63,996 bases of DNA, filler included, from Basidiobolus ranarum (GCA_040143965.1; 5 parts of 5 records of this genome joined end to end with filler, not necessarily neighbours in it), one strand, 5' to 3'. Positions 39,717-53,353 are shown, numbered from the whole stretch's first letter. The notes: generated by a model not told the origin, from the letters alone. A program made the numbers and translations.

Positions 39717-39939
39717 TTAACCGCGGTTAGTGAAAAGAGAGCCAGATCCTTCAGAGACTGAAGCGATCTTACGGATAGCATTCACAATGGCAGCAGTACG
39801 GTAGTCGATGTTGCCGAACTCATTGGCTGTGACTCTAGTCTCCTCACAGGCCTTGATCATGGTATCCTCAAGTCCAGAGTAAACAAGTTCGTGCTCTTCA
39901 GCACCATGAATGACCTGTTGACGTTCGGTGATGGTGAGT
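39717..39939 (-). CDS. Glutamate dehydrogenase C-terminus (GLUD1-like), truncated by contig end
   Basis: Translation GAEEHELVYSGLEDTM...DYRTAAIVNAIRKIA resembles the animal GDH tail GASEKDIVHSGL...DLRTAAYVNAIEKV. Confidence 0.85.
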
Positions 39940-40039
39940 NNNNNNNNNNNNNNNNNNNNNNNNNNNNNNNNNNNNNNNNNNNNTTAATTAATTAANNNNN
40001 NNNNNNNNNNNNNNNNNNNNNNNNNNNNNNNNNNNNNNN
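39940..40039. other. Artificial contig-joining linker
   Basis: N44-TTAATTAATTAA-N44. Confidence 0.98.
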
Positions 40040-40295
40040 GTTTGCCGATGTCGATATTAGAGTTCGTGTCCGGGGTGGTGGTCACACTTCTCAAATCTAT
40101 GCTATTCGTCAAGCTATTGCCAAGGCCATTGTTGCCTTCTACCAAAAGTTTGTCGATGAAGCTTCCAAGAAGGAAATCAAGGAGAAGCTCATCGCTTACG
40201 ATAGAACCTTGCTTGTTGCTGATCCCAGACGCTGTGAACCCAAGAAATTCGGAGGTCCTGGTGCTCGTGCCAGATACCAAAAATCTTACCGTTAA
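40040..40295 (+). CDS. RPS16: 40S ribosomal protein uS9 (S16) C-terminal part, 5'-truncated
   Basis: [24 protein letters not shown]...[32 protein letters not shown]. Confidence 0.97.
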
Positions 40296-40795
40296 ACTTG
40301 CCCAGTTTTGTTGGGAGAATTTATTGGTTATGCTCTATCTTGTTCCAATTGGAGATTTTGCGGGATTTCAATAAACTTGTTAATAAGACACTTGACTCCA
40401 TATCTTGAGATGTTTCAATGAACCCATTTACATACATATATACACAAAAGTGAAGCTTGATTAGTGCATGGTGTTTGTCCATCTTTGAGTTCTCCAAGAA
40501 ACATGCAGATGTTGAATGGGATATTTATCCACGGACCAATCCGGATATCCAATCCAGTTACAGGCCATCTAGACATGGATCAATTTTAAACAACTCGATG
40601 GGATTTAAATCACAAGGTACAACAAATCAAATTGATCTAGAAATTCGAATGATCTACATTCTCGGGGGGAATTGCATACCTCGTAGGATCTTTTTTGATG
40701 GAATTTTTTGAATGTTGAAGATCTTTTATAAAGTAATTTCCACACTCATAAGGATTCTTTCTCTTTCCTTCAGGCTCTTGTTGCGATAACAAACT

Positions 40796-40881
40796 GTATC
40801 CTTTGAATTTGCTTACATCCATCTTATCATCCATATCTGTGCACGCATACACCTTTATTTCCTTAACTAACCATTATATAG
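40796..40881 (+). other. U12-type (minor) intron in the RPL13 5'UTR
   Basis: Exact GTATCCTTT donor; TTCCTTAAC branch about 15 nt before TAG; AAG-ATG follows the acceptor. Confidence 0.85.
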
Positions 40882-40884
40882 AAG

Positions 40885-41586
40885 ATGAAGCACAACAATC
40901 AGTTGCCAAATAATCACTTCCGCAAGGACTGGCAATTACGTGTCAAGACTTGGTTCGATCAAGCTGGTCGCAAGAAGCGTAGAAGACTCAATCGCGTCCA
41001 AAAGGCTGCTCGTATCGCCCCACGTCCCGTCGATGGTCTTCTCAGACCCGCTGTGAGATGCCCTACCATCAAATACAACACTAAGTTGAGATCTGGCAAG
41101 GGTTTCACTTTAGAGGAACTTAAGGTAATGTATTAGAGAGCTTTATAGCATATGGTAGGATGTAGCACTAACCAAGTTTGTTCAACTCTACAGGAAGCTG
41201 GTATTAGACGCAAGGAGGCTCTTACTATTGGTGTTTCCGTCGACCACCGTCGCCGTAACAAGTCTGAAGAATCTCTTCAATTGAATGTTCAGCGTCTCAA
41301 GGCTTACAAGGCCAAGCTTATTGTCTTCCCCAAGAAGGCTAGCAAGCCTAAGAAGGGTGATAGCGAAGCTGCTGAGCTTGCTGAGGCTAAGCAACTTGCT
41401 GGCTCCATCATGCCAGTTACCCAAGTTTACACCAAGGAGAAGGCCCGCAAGGTTACTGATGAGGAAAAGAACACCAGTGCTTATGCTACCCTTCGTAATG
41501 TTCGCTCTGAACAACGTTATCGTGGTATCCGCGAGAAGCGTGCTAAGCTTAAGGCTGAAGAGGAAGCTCAAAAGGTCAAGAAGTAA
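40885..41586 (+). CDS. RPL13: 60S ribosomal protein eL13; intron 41125-41193
   Basis: [39 protein letters not shown]. Confidence 0.98.
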
Positions 41587-42029
41587 ACAAAATCATTTAT
41601 TTCAACACTTGATGAAACATTCCATTAATAAATATGCACCCTTTTCCCTTGCAACATTCAATGAAGCAAATGATATATATTACTTTAATGTTCTGACCTT
41701 GTTACGCTTTACACGTAGCACTTGAATTACAAAAGAACTGACCATAAAATGCCGTCCCAACAGGGATGGAGATAATGGTGCTGAAATCCAAGGACTCTTC
41801 TGGTTCTGAAGTGTCAAATAGTCCCACTAATACTATCCATTCAAACAATTGCGAATTTTTTTTGGATTTAGCTCCTTAACGAACTTGTACATATTTGTGG
41901 TGTATGAATAAGAAAGATACAGCGGGTTTTGTACGATTAATCGATAAATTTATTGAATGGCAAAGTAAGACGTTGGTATGAACCAACCACGATAAATGCA
42001 CTTTCATAGTCCATAAACTACCCAAATAT

Positions 42030-42428
42030 TTAGTTTTCTTGGGTACGAAGACGAGCATTAGCGTTGGTAACCTTGACGTTCAATTGTTGTGCACGTTCAA
42101 CAATGGCAATACGGTTCTTGGAACTGACATTGTGAGCGATCTCGGCGGCATAAGTGCGGTTTTGCATCAACAATACCTCTAATTCCTTGACGCTAGCGAC
42201 GACGAATTTTTTGAAGCCGTTGGGCATCAAATCGCGGGTCTTGCGGTTAGATCCATAACCAATGCTGGGCATGGGGATTTGTCCCTTGAATCTACGACGA
42301 ACACGATTATCAATACCCTTGGGCTTTCTCCAAGCCTCCTTGACAGTCTTGTAGCGGTCAGACTGGTGACGCTTGAAGGGCTTAGTGCGCTTCTTGATAA
42401 TAGCGACCTTGTTAGTAGAGGAGACCAT
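42030..42428 (-). CDS. RPL32: 60S ribosomal protein eL32; probable 5'UTR intron about 42430-42554
   Basis: [42 protein letters not shown]. Confidence 0.98.
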   Translation of the reverse strand: MVSSTNKVAIIKKRTKPFKRHQSDRYKTVKEAWRKPKGIDNRVRRRFKGQIPMPSIGYGSNRKTRDLMPNGFKKFVVASVKELEVLLMQNRTYAAEIAHNVSSKNRIAIVERAQQLNVKVTNANARLRTQEN

Positions 42429-42888
42429 TCTAAAAGGATGAATGAAGGCGAATGAGTAATCTGTTTACAACACTGGGAGGCACTTTATGAAGTATGAAAA
42501 GAAGTTCGATGGATGCTATCGCTATCGCTATTGCTATCACTATTGTATATGTACCTTGCTCAGATGGATTTCCGGAAGAGAAAGAGCGACCAAATTTTAC
42601 TCATCATCACTTTTATTGAGATTTCAATAGTGGGAATTTTGCCAATAGTCACGTGATGAGATGGAAATAAATTTCTTGCAATACTATAGGAATCACGTAA
42701 TCAAAAGGTAGTGAATTTTTTATGCAATCAATAGAAAGTATCCAGCATGTACTAAATATTGACTTCAGGAAATTGGATTTATTTGGAATTGAAAAATAAA
42801 AAAATCAATTGATGGTTTTGTGTATAGTGATTGCTAAAAAGTGTGGTATGAAGGGTATGTTGTAATATACGTTTGATGTATTTGTAGT

Positions 42889-43648
42889 TTACACCATACG
42901 GCCACCAGAGCCCTGTGAAGTTTGCCAATCTTTGACAACTTTAATCATTTTCAATACTTCGTCTTTATATTGTCTTCTTTCCAACCAGAAAGTCTTGGGC
43001 CCTTTGCCAGTATTTACCCCACTTTTAACAACCCAAGTCTCCAAATTTTTATTTCCAGGGAGCAAGTCTCGCAGTTGTAAAGTGGTGTACCTTGGCATAC
43101 CTAATAAAGACATGGTTTCCAAGGTGATCTTAGTGAATGGTGTGATTAAGTGTTCAGAGTCCTCATTAGCGAAGGTGGAGTGAGACTTATGAAGGTGAAT
43201 TTTGGTCACAAACGGAGCAAAGAACCGATGAATTAAAAAGGTGGACAAACCACTAGCAAGTAAGGCTATAAGAAAAGTTCAATGAGTATAAGTAATGGTT
43301 TGGTTTTCACCACGAATAATCAGTAAACGTAAACTTACAAGCACCCAAAACAGACAAGTTAACGTTAGCCTCAGCTAAAGCTGGCGAATCTTTCAATACA
43401 AAAATTATCGGTGTAGCTATACCAGCTATGGTAAAAGAACCAAACGACATTAACTTCAAATATTTCGCTGCTTCACCTACATCTGCTTGGTACACTAGTT
43501 CCTTCTCGACTTCCTCTTTTTTCTTACTTGAATCAACTGTGTACGAGCGTAGCTTGAATAGGGTGGCTCTTGTAGAGTGAGACGAAACATTTCTCACCGT
43601 AAGGCGTGGTACACCGCTTAAGGTGCGAAGTGCAGTTAAAGCGGTCAT
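42889..43648 (-). CDS. TMEM70-family mitochondrial inner-membrane protein, 2 exons
   Basis: Presequence; LVY..LKLMSFGS..TM1..TM2..PFVTKIHL..ITLETMSLLG pattern. Confidence 0.6.
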
Positions 43649-44169
43649 TTTAGAAGTCAGAGTTGGATATTACAATTGATTCGAGAAATTTTTCAATATA
43701 CAGAGGAACCATTCAAATTTGTAACTTTACCGAAGACATATAGGCCCCAAAATTATCAACATTCAAAATTAATTCTCGTGTAATCCACCATATTTTCTCG
43801 ATTGGTATGGATATCACTACTCTATTGTCACTAAAGTATTGGTTACTAAATAGAAAACTCATACTAGGTGTAAAAAAGGGTACTCAGTAATTACGGTTGA
43901 ATCTCCCTTAGATTCACGGCGAGTATGTAATATTTGAGCCCATTAAAGAGGATTATGTCACCGTTTAAAAGTATTTTCAATTTGGTACATTTGAACAGAG
44001 AGAAGTTGATTTCTCGGTACGTCTTATTTAGTTGTATATTTATATAAGTTATAACTAGCTGAGAGGGAATACTTTCCTAAATCCTTCAATTTACGTTAAA
44101 GATAAAGCCACATAAGATTAGGACTAAAGCTAGATGCTATACATTTTACTGAAAGTTCGATAGGGTTTA

Positions 44170-44825
44170 TTATTGTTTGTGAGAGGGTTCTGCGAGAGCA
44201 TTTGAGAGGTCATGAAATCCAGCCCTAATACAGATTGAGTTAAATATAAAATGTCAAGAGGCTCATTTAATAGGACCATAGAAGAACAGTTGCCTTACAT
44301 TGATTTTCCCAAGTCGTCCAACTAACAATATACGATTTAAAGGTTAAAATTATTTTCCATTGTGTATACATGTGTAAATGAATCAAGCACCTTGACCATG
44401 AGTCTTTCCAGCTCTTCAGCTCCTTGGACGAATCTTTGCGTGGTTTTATTGAATCCTTCAGAGGTATCTGTGGTAGTATTGGTTCGTTTTCTAGTTAAGA
44501 AGAAAAATAGCTCTTTAGCACAGAGTTCAAACCAATCTAGTAATAAAAAAGGTGAAAGTATACGTCGCATCACTGCCATTCTCCAACATGATATGATCCA
44601 CGGCTAAGGCGATCTGTTGTTGTCTGATTATGTCCAACTTTTCGAACATCGCATCCGAATTTTTCCCTAAAATAATATCAACTTAGTTCTAGTTGACTCG
44701 TATATTGACTATCTTAGATTACCAAAAGGTCGTAATTCACCAGTTTCTCCCATATTCTTCATATGATTGAACTTATTCCGCATACAGGCAAGTACTGGAT
44801 CATGGTTAGCATTTGTTTTGTCCAT
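44170..44825 (-). CDS. Small coiled-coil protein resembling CCDC28; 5' exon structure unresolved
   Basis: Spliced ETGELRPFG/KNSDAMFEKLDIIRQQQIALAVDH...ELERLMVK/LDDLGKSM. Confidence 0.45.
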
Positions 44826-45322
44826 GGTGGATGAGTTGGTTGTAATGGTACTATATGAAGAGTTCTCAATTAAAAGAAAAGTATTCTGGTATGCTGACCA
44901 AACTATTTCTTACGAAAGGATTCCTTAGACTATTATAATTCAAGCTTACAGGAGAATACACTATAAATTGGATTTTTTTCTTAGAAACTAACCAAAAATC
45001 TGCAAAGTGATATGCTAGCTAGTAAAGATGTAACAGGGATGATTTACGCTATTCTGCACATTTAATGCATCTTAGTGAATCAAGGATTCTAAGATAGCCG
45101 TATCTCTGAAGTATGATGATTGAACCAAGATCGCCATCCAATACATAGGAAACCAGTTAAATATATGGAGGCTTAATTCTGATGCTGATATTGCTTGATG
45201 CAGACATAGCACAAGCCACGAACATATCTGCACCATTTCATCCCTTATTTGTTAGTTCAAAGTGAGTATTTGAGTTTTGTGAATTCTTCAAAAACCCTAT
45301 ACTCTTATTATACAAGAACAAA

Positions 45323-46570
45323 ATGTCGAAAATGGACGATATCGTGCGAGCAGTTGCGAATACCTCTATACAATTTTTACTTAATTTGCGTTATACTGAG
45401 CTTTTGGACATGTCTAGTGATGAACTGTTCCAACGCGCAAAATCACTAGCTAAACCATCATTATCTAAAGAACAGGAGCTGGAGCTTTTACAGTGGAATC
45501 ATGGAATAGGACACTATGAACTGGCTAATTACAAAAGCGAGTTAAATTATTCGGTTCCAGTAAGATATAAACGTTTCGACCGAAGCGATCTACGGGCTTT
45601 CATAGAAATGCAGAAAGTAAACGGGAGAGACGAAGAGAACTTCGGTATTGTGTTGAGACTGGAAGAAGGCTGGGTATATTTTGACATATGCAGAGGCTTG
45701 AGTGCTCAAGATAAACTGGATTGGAGTAATTCTTTAAAAGAAGCTGAACAGAACTTTGATAATTGTAGAAAGGTACGGTTATTGGGTTGAAGTATATTTT
45801 GATATCTTGGTACTAATATGCTTTATCGTATACATACTCATGTGATACAGAACATTGAGAGTTATCGAAGCACTGAAGAAGAGGAAGCTAGTTATTGGAC
45901 TCAATATGGACATAAATCGGACAATGGTCCCCAAGTGCAAAAAGAAACCATTGAAAAGGATGAGAGTGAATGCTGGTCACCATACGATCAGAACAACAAA
46001 GCATCAGAGGCTGATCTAGTGCTTGTGAATGAAGGAGGGCAGGATAACGAGAGGAAATGTGCAGAATTACAAGTGTCAGATGAATTCTTTAAAGAATTGG
46101 AAAGGATAGAAAAGGGAGAGTTCTTGAGTCAGAATCACATCGCCCCAGGAGAGGAAAAAGACGACGAATTTATACAAGTATCAGCCTATGATCCAACTGA
46201 GTCAACAGATGACACTGATTATGAGGATAACGCTTTCTCTCCTCCTCAAATAATATCACCAATACTGCCCTCGGACGGTATCCAAGAAACTTTCGTCCAC
46301 TCATTGCCACAAGCTTCTCTTAACTCACTACATTCGCGTAATATCACCGAGCCAGATTCAGAAATGGCTTCACGTCTAGATCTCGCTTCAATGTTAACAT
46401 TTGCAATGGGAAATCTAAACGTCACACAAGACCAACAGTCCCAATGGAAGCCTATGATCTCGCAATTGTTGCGACTCAGTAAGGATATGGCAAAGTTGGT
46501 CGGACTCTCCGATGTTGAAGTAGTTGAACTGTTGCATGATGCCTACGGAGATATCGTACCTAGTCTGTAA
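45323..46570 (+). CDS. Hypothetical acidic protein, 2 exons (intron 45773-45850)
   Basis: Two ORFs joined in frame by a GT-AG intron with a CTAAT branch; no motif recognised. Confidence 0.7.
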
Positions 46571-48678
46571 CTCGTAACCCAACAGAAAAATCTACAGATG
46601 TCCTTGACACCCTCAGTTGCTTTCCTGAATCCAGATACTCTCTAAATCTCATACGTATAAAAACACGAAATACTCTACTCGAATACCTGCGTCGTGCATG
46701 AGCAAATCCAATCACAAATCATAACACTTCAATATCTAGAATCCACAAAAATGTACCTTTTAAACTCTGCCATGAACCAGTATAATACTCATAAGATCCC
46801 AAGGAGCGTACGTCTTAAAAGATGTATTATCAACTAAGCACCCATCTGATTCAGCAGATCATCATCTTAAATGAATAAAGAAGAATTCTCTAACTCTCAT
46901 AACATACAATGGTTGGCTGCAAAACGCCACCATTGTCTGGCACGAAAAGATCACATTGATTGAAAGAATTCAATATACCTGCGATTAATCCAATAGCACT
47001 AGAATAGGAAAATCAATATTAGCAGTCTGGCCATCCGATAGCATATTTAACACCTCAGAATGCATTCGTTTTTATGATTAAGCAATGACTGTAAAAAACT
47101 ATACTTGCAAACGATATTTAACCATAGAATTGTGGAAGGTTGCTTAATGGTTTTAGATCTCCTTGCCTTTCATAGCAGCTGGGCTTCTGGTCTACCAATT
47201 AATTAGATCTGATTGTCGGATCAGTAATTCAACTTTACACGAATCATTGCGTTGATATAGCAATCCTAGAGAGCGTGGTTGTAAACTATCCGAGCAACTA
47301 TAATAATAATTGCCTTTAGATTATAAGCTGTTTAAACGTATCATATTCTCCTGAATCGGAGATAAAATTGAAAACTGTAAGGAGTCCTGAAATGGCGTTC
47401 ATGTTGAGCATGCTTGAATGAAGCTTAAGCATCGATTTAAGTAGCAATTGTAGAAGGCTCTGTAGTGCATTAACTGTGTGATGTAGCCATATCGCAGGTA
47501 GAAAATTTCAATTGTCGAGATCTATTTAAATTTTGACCAGATTATTAAGGGATAAGAGATCTTCGCCTCTGCAGTTATAGCGTATACTCGAGTCTCTGTA
47601 TTACAAAGACTTAGATTTCATATTTCCACTTTCCAACCTGGTTGTTCCACAATTAGCACAAGCTTTGCGAGTTTGCGCAGGCACTAAATATATTGTAACC
47701 ACAATACCTGGAGGTAGATTACTATTACCAATGGAAGCGGCCTTCGATTGGTTATACCCAGATAATGTCACATATCATATGCCAGTGACTTCGGGTGATT
47801 TGGATTTCGAATCTTCTTTGAGCTCAAGGCCAAAATATCATATGAAAAGTTGACTTCAAGCCTATTGATTATGGATCGACCAAGCATAATATCTCTAAGA
47901 TGCAACTCGGTATATTTATAATTTGTTCATTTAGGAATTGTCCAAATATGTCGCTTTGTTCTCAACACTTATCCCAATATGGATAGAGCATATACATGAA
48001 AATGAACAATGTACAGGCTTTTGGAAATACAATCATCATTTCCTTCAATAAGCGTAGTACTGCATATAACAATGTCTGAGACATTGTGGAACAGGGATAC
48101 TTAGTGATTGAGAACAACTCTTTACTTCGCCACATGATTTAGAGTAAACAATAATATTGACACCCCGATCACTCCATTCAATAAATGCACTCTGCATATA
48201 TGTAAATGCAGTCATGGTCCAAATTTGAACTTAACCTAAATTAAATTCTCAATGATCTTTATTAATTGTTACTGTATACCTGAGGTTTCTTTGACTTGCC
48301 GTGATCTATTTTAGCTGTACATTTGATTTAATGATTTATGCATAGGAACCCCATTAAAAGCTTATTCAGCTATCGGACATCATTTGTGTTTCGTGGGATG
48401 AATTAGTCTCCCTTTACACTCATTCTGACGCCAACATCTCTCGTTGACTTCTCCTTAAACCAGATAATTTTCTTTTTTTGTTCCAGACTCAAACATTCAT
48501 CACTGAGCCTTAAATCATCTCATTTATATACCATTCTCTCTTCTTATTACCCTCATAACCCACTCTAACCCAGCCTAACCTACAAATATCACTTTAACCT
48601 AAATAACTTCACTTTAAGACAATTGAATACAACTAATCCAGTTCAGTCACCACATATAACATACCATATTAACTAAAG

Positions 48679-50339
48679 ATGATTGACCAGCTCCGCCCTT
48701 CAACAGCACAATCAGCTGATACTCTGGTTGCTCTTCCAGTTGAATGTATTAATAACCTGGCCGTTGATTCCACTCCGACATCACCAACTACCAAAAGCGC
48801 CCGAGCCACCCTGAGTAGATTTACAAGGTCAGAAGTACAATGCTTACTTCGTGAAGCTTATAATATTATCACCGAGAAGGACAAAGGTATTTTCTGCTTC
48901 TTTCTTCGTTATGAGTTTTCCTTTGCTCATGTTTACTAACTGGATATACTATTGCACTTACAGAGCTTACATTCGCTGCTAAACTCCGAAACAGAGTTTT
49001 GGAAGAAAATGAAACTTTAAAGATGAGGTACGAAGAAATGATGGATTATTTGAGTGAGCACGGATTCTTCGTGGCTGAACCTGACGGTTCTGATCACGTG
49101 GAAATCATCGAACAAACTCAACTTCAAAATACTCCAGTCAACACAATACATGCGATTCGCCCATTGTCACGCCGACAAAGTACAAGGTTTGAAGAAGAGA
49201 GCCTAGGTGAATTAGAGATAGCTAATGCCGAATTACAAAGTCGTCTTGAAAACGCAATCCAAGAAAATGCGCATCTCCGTAAAAAAGATGAGCGTAGAGT
49301 TCGAGGATTGGAGGCAGATATCCGTGGCCTCCGTACTGAACTTGAAATGGCCACACAAACAATTGGACAATTGGAAGATAAGAACCATGAGATCCTACGA
49401 AGAAGAAGAACAGAAAATAGTGTGTCTCAACATGATGCTAGTGATGAGGAATTCGTTGATCAATTAATCCACAAAGTTGGCAAACTTGAAGATCAGAATA
49501 CCTCATTGGAGGTCCAGAAATCTGAACTAGAAATACGCCTAAACGAAGTGCTTAAAGGATTAGAGGAAGCTCGCTTGCGAATTGAAGAGCTCGAGGAAAC
49601 ACAGAACGAGTTTAATGAACTCCAAGTTGCTTTCGAACGTCAATCTATGCATGTTGCTGAATTATCACAGTCGGTAGAAGAGCAAAGATCATGGATTCAA
49701 AGTGTTTTCAATCAAAATCCCCCACGATCTGCACCCGGTAGCTTTAACTTCCAAACCAATTTGGCCCCGCCTAAGGTAGATCTTACCTCAGCTCTCTTCA
49801 GCTCTACCAATTCTCCCATGGGGACCTCACAAGTTTCTATGCGTAAGCGGTGCACTCTTTTGAGTGAACTCGAATCGGAATGGTATCGAAACGTTTCTGG
49901 GCAAACACCTACTGGTAGTGTCAAGTCGCCGAGCTCTGTGAATGGAGTAATCTCTTCAACTCCCAAGGTATCAGGAATATTCTCAGTAACCAATAGCAAC
50001 CTTAGCTCTCCTAGTCTACATTCCGTTGCATCTCCAAACAATCCTAGTATAAGTGCTAGTTATCTGCGCGATATATTTAGGCATGAGGAGAAGAGCAAAC
50101 TCTTGTCTAGCTATTCTCCTGATGCAGCTTATGGTCTGGAAACACCAGAGGATAACCACTCTGAGGAAGAAACCGAAGAGGTGGAAGATACTGAAGAACC
50201 AGTAGGATGGTTTGGATGGATCGTTAATTCAGTCAAAGGAGCAATGAACTATACATGGAGATGGTGTCGGTTTATATTCCTGCTTTTTACTGCTGTAGTA
50301 ATTGCTCTATACCGAGGTCCTAATGGAGCTACGTTCTGA
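48679..50339 (+). CDS. Long coiled-coil protein with C-terminal TM anchor; intron 48887-48963
   Basis: Heptad-rich E/L/K region; C-terminal FIFLLFTAVVIALY; spliced EKDKELTFAAKL. Confidence 0.8.
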
Positions 50340-50917
50340 ACTGATCGATGCTGACGCCGAGGCCTAACCCAAGTTCAGTAATCTGTTTTAAATACCAATC
50401 TCAATCTATCCCGGACTAATGAGTCTATAGTATACGTGTCGCTTTTTCTTACCATTCATTCTAAATCGGTTATTAATTTGCCAATGAAATAAGTATTACT
50501 TTGTCCATATTACAGCATAATTCAAATACAGTTGTACAGCCTTGAAATAAATCCATTTTCTTCATAGTTTTCTAAATGTTGATGAATTATGCATATTGGC
50601 TTCTAGTATGGCTTTCAACCACCCAAATGAGCCGTTGAAAGTCAGCATATACGGAGATTCAACATTCATCACTCAAGAATTTCAGATTTGTCATTAGCCA
50701 CTCACTTTTATTGAACTATAAGCATGTCAGCTGTGCAGAAAGTGGTTGTTATATATTTCTTAGTCTAGTACAACTACTCATAAAGAATATGTCAACACTC
50801 AATACAAATCTACATAATTTTTTTACCAAATACCACCAGTACTTTCAATCTGTTTTATGTACCAATAGTGGTGTGCAGAATACAGGTGCTTAGGATTTAG
50901 GCAAATTGAGAAATCTG

Positions 50918-51249
50918 TGTTGAAATTAGCATAGCCTAAGCACCTATATAGTCATATACAGCTTAGTACTTAGTTATTCCATATTTCACCAAGATATCAC
51001 TCACTATTCTCAAGAGGAATTTACTTGGAAGTTTGAAGATATATAGATTTTGAGAACTTCTCCTAGAGGCCCCAAAAGTGGCACACATGTATCTGGGACC
51101 TTTCTTAACACATTCTACACATTTTTCTGTTTATCTCTTGACAAAACTATAATTGTCAGCTTTCCAACTCAATGAATCAATAAGTGAAAACCATCAATTC
51201 TTTCTAGCTCTCCAAACCACTTCCTACAGGTTCCCAAAATACTTTAACA
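50918..51249 (+). repeat. Solo LTR of the same Copia family (332 bp)
   Basis: TGTTGAAATTAGC...ACTTTAACA, collinear with 24931-25279 but more diverged; no TSD seen. Confidence 0.88.
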
Positions 51250-52623
51250 TGTACTGTGAGTTTAAGCGACTGGCATCATTTTTATAGCAACAGCATTTTG
51301 TCAACTATATAAGGTTTATGCGATATTAACTGTATTTATAAGAGGTGTTTGAAGAATGAGTAGTGAGATGCAACACAAATTGTAGTGATATTAAGTGAAT
51401 CACCGTTCATCATTAATGAATGCCATCGTATTCGTTTTCCTCCGTGAAACACTTCTTAGAGCTTCTATTCAATATTTCTTTCACACTGAGAATTGGTAGT
51501 AGGTAAATTATTTCAATGACCACCACAGTGGTTGTTACATACACTTAAGGAAAATACGAACCATTGTCATTATATTTACTATCATTGGTTTAACAAGCAA
51601 TTTATACCTCATAGTATCTACAAAACTCGTGAAAATAACTACATCCATTATTTTATTCACTTACTGACCTTGGCATGCGTACTTGGTATCTCATTACTAT
51701 AATGCAATTAAGGACATCATTGTATTTATCCTGCAGGAACACTGGTCATGATGACCTCACACATAATCCACACGTGCAACCAACTAATCCCCTTTTCTTG
51801 TAGTAATCTGCCTATAAGGCGCCTTACGGATAGACAGTAGTTGTCGGGTAGAACTCATTATTAATACTCATGTTTATATGAAGTGATTTCAATCGAATTC
51901 TCCATCCAACAACCACATATGACTTCGATGACCCAATTAGTGATCATTTCATCCATACATTTGAATACTAATCCAGCGTTCTGTGATTCGCTTAATTCAG
52001 ACCTAATGAGACGACCTTTATAATCCGTGGCATTTGGGGTGGAACTTAGTCATGTGGTAATCTGGTATTCAATTTCCTGCTATTTATATTATCCTTTGGT
52101 AAATCTGCGAATGGGATCGTCAAATAGTAGAGTGACTTCGAACTGCCTGGAGAAATGATTGATAAGCAATTTACCATCTGTTCCCGAATACGACAACCCT
52201 GATCTCTCTGGGGCAATGGTGATTGGATTGTAATCACTAGTTTCATGGAAAATGTGAGACCATTGATATGAAATCTGATCATGTCCTGTTTGTCGGAGAA
52301 AACGAGTTTTGGGGAATTGTCTGGTAAAAGTCGGTGGCTTAGAATTTACTGTAACACATTGAATGGTAGCTGCATTTTAATCAATGGAAACGGCGCATAT
52401 TGGGCTAGGACAGAAGACTGGCAAAGATCATGATTGGTGGAATGACACATTGTTTAGTGTAGAAGTTAGATTTCTACTTATTTGTTTACATACATCGTAT
52501 ATTGATTTACTTTACTTTTTGAATGAATTTTTATTGGATGAAACAGACACTGTCAGGTTGCCTGACCATTTTTCGTCAATATTCTTCTTTCAAATTGAAA
52601 AGGTGTTAAGAAGTTATATACAT

Positions 52624-53253
<630 letters not shown>

Positions 53254-53353
53254 NNNNNNNNNNNNNNNNNNNNNNNNNNNNNNNNNNNNNNNNNNNNTTA
53301 ATTAATTAANNNNNNNNNNNNNNNNNNNNNNNNNNNNNNNNNNNNNNNNNNNN
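53254..53353. other. Artificial contig-joining linker
   Basis: N44-TTAATTAATTAA-N44. Confidence 0.98.

Noticed and set aside
42648-42662. GTCACGTGATGAG (E-box overlapping a PAC-like core) upstream of RPL32; CACGTG also upstream of DBP6
   Set aside because: Short motifs expected by chance; conservation cannot be tested here
44491-44563. GTATACTTT donor and TTCTTAAC in the CCDC28-like gene as a third U12 intron
   Set aside because: Position +5 is not C, GTATA donors are common among U2 introns here, and the branch-like motif is only 3 nt from the in-frame AG
48554-48608. Imperfect TAACC(C) repeats upstream of the coiled-coil gene
   Set aside because: Too few and too degenerate to call telomeric repeats or binding sites
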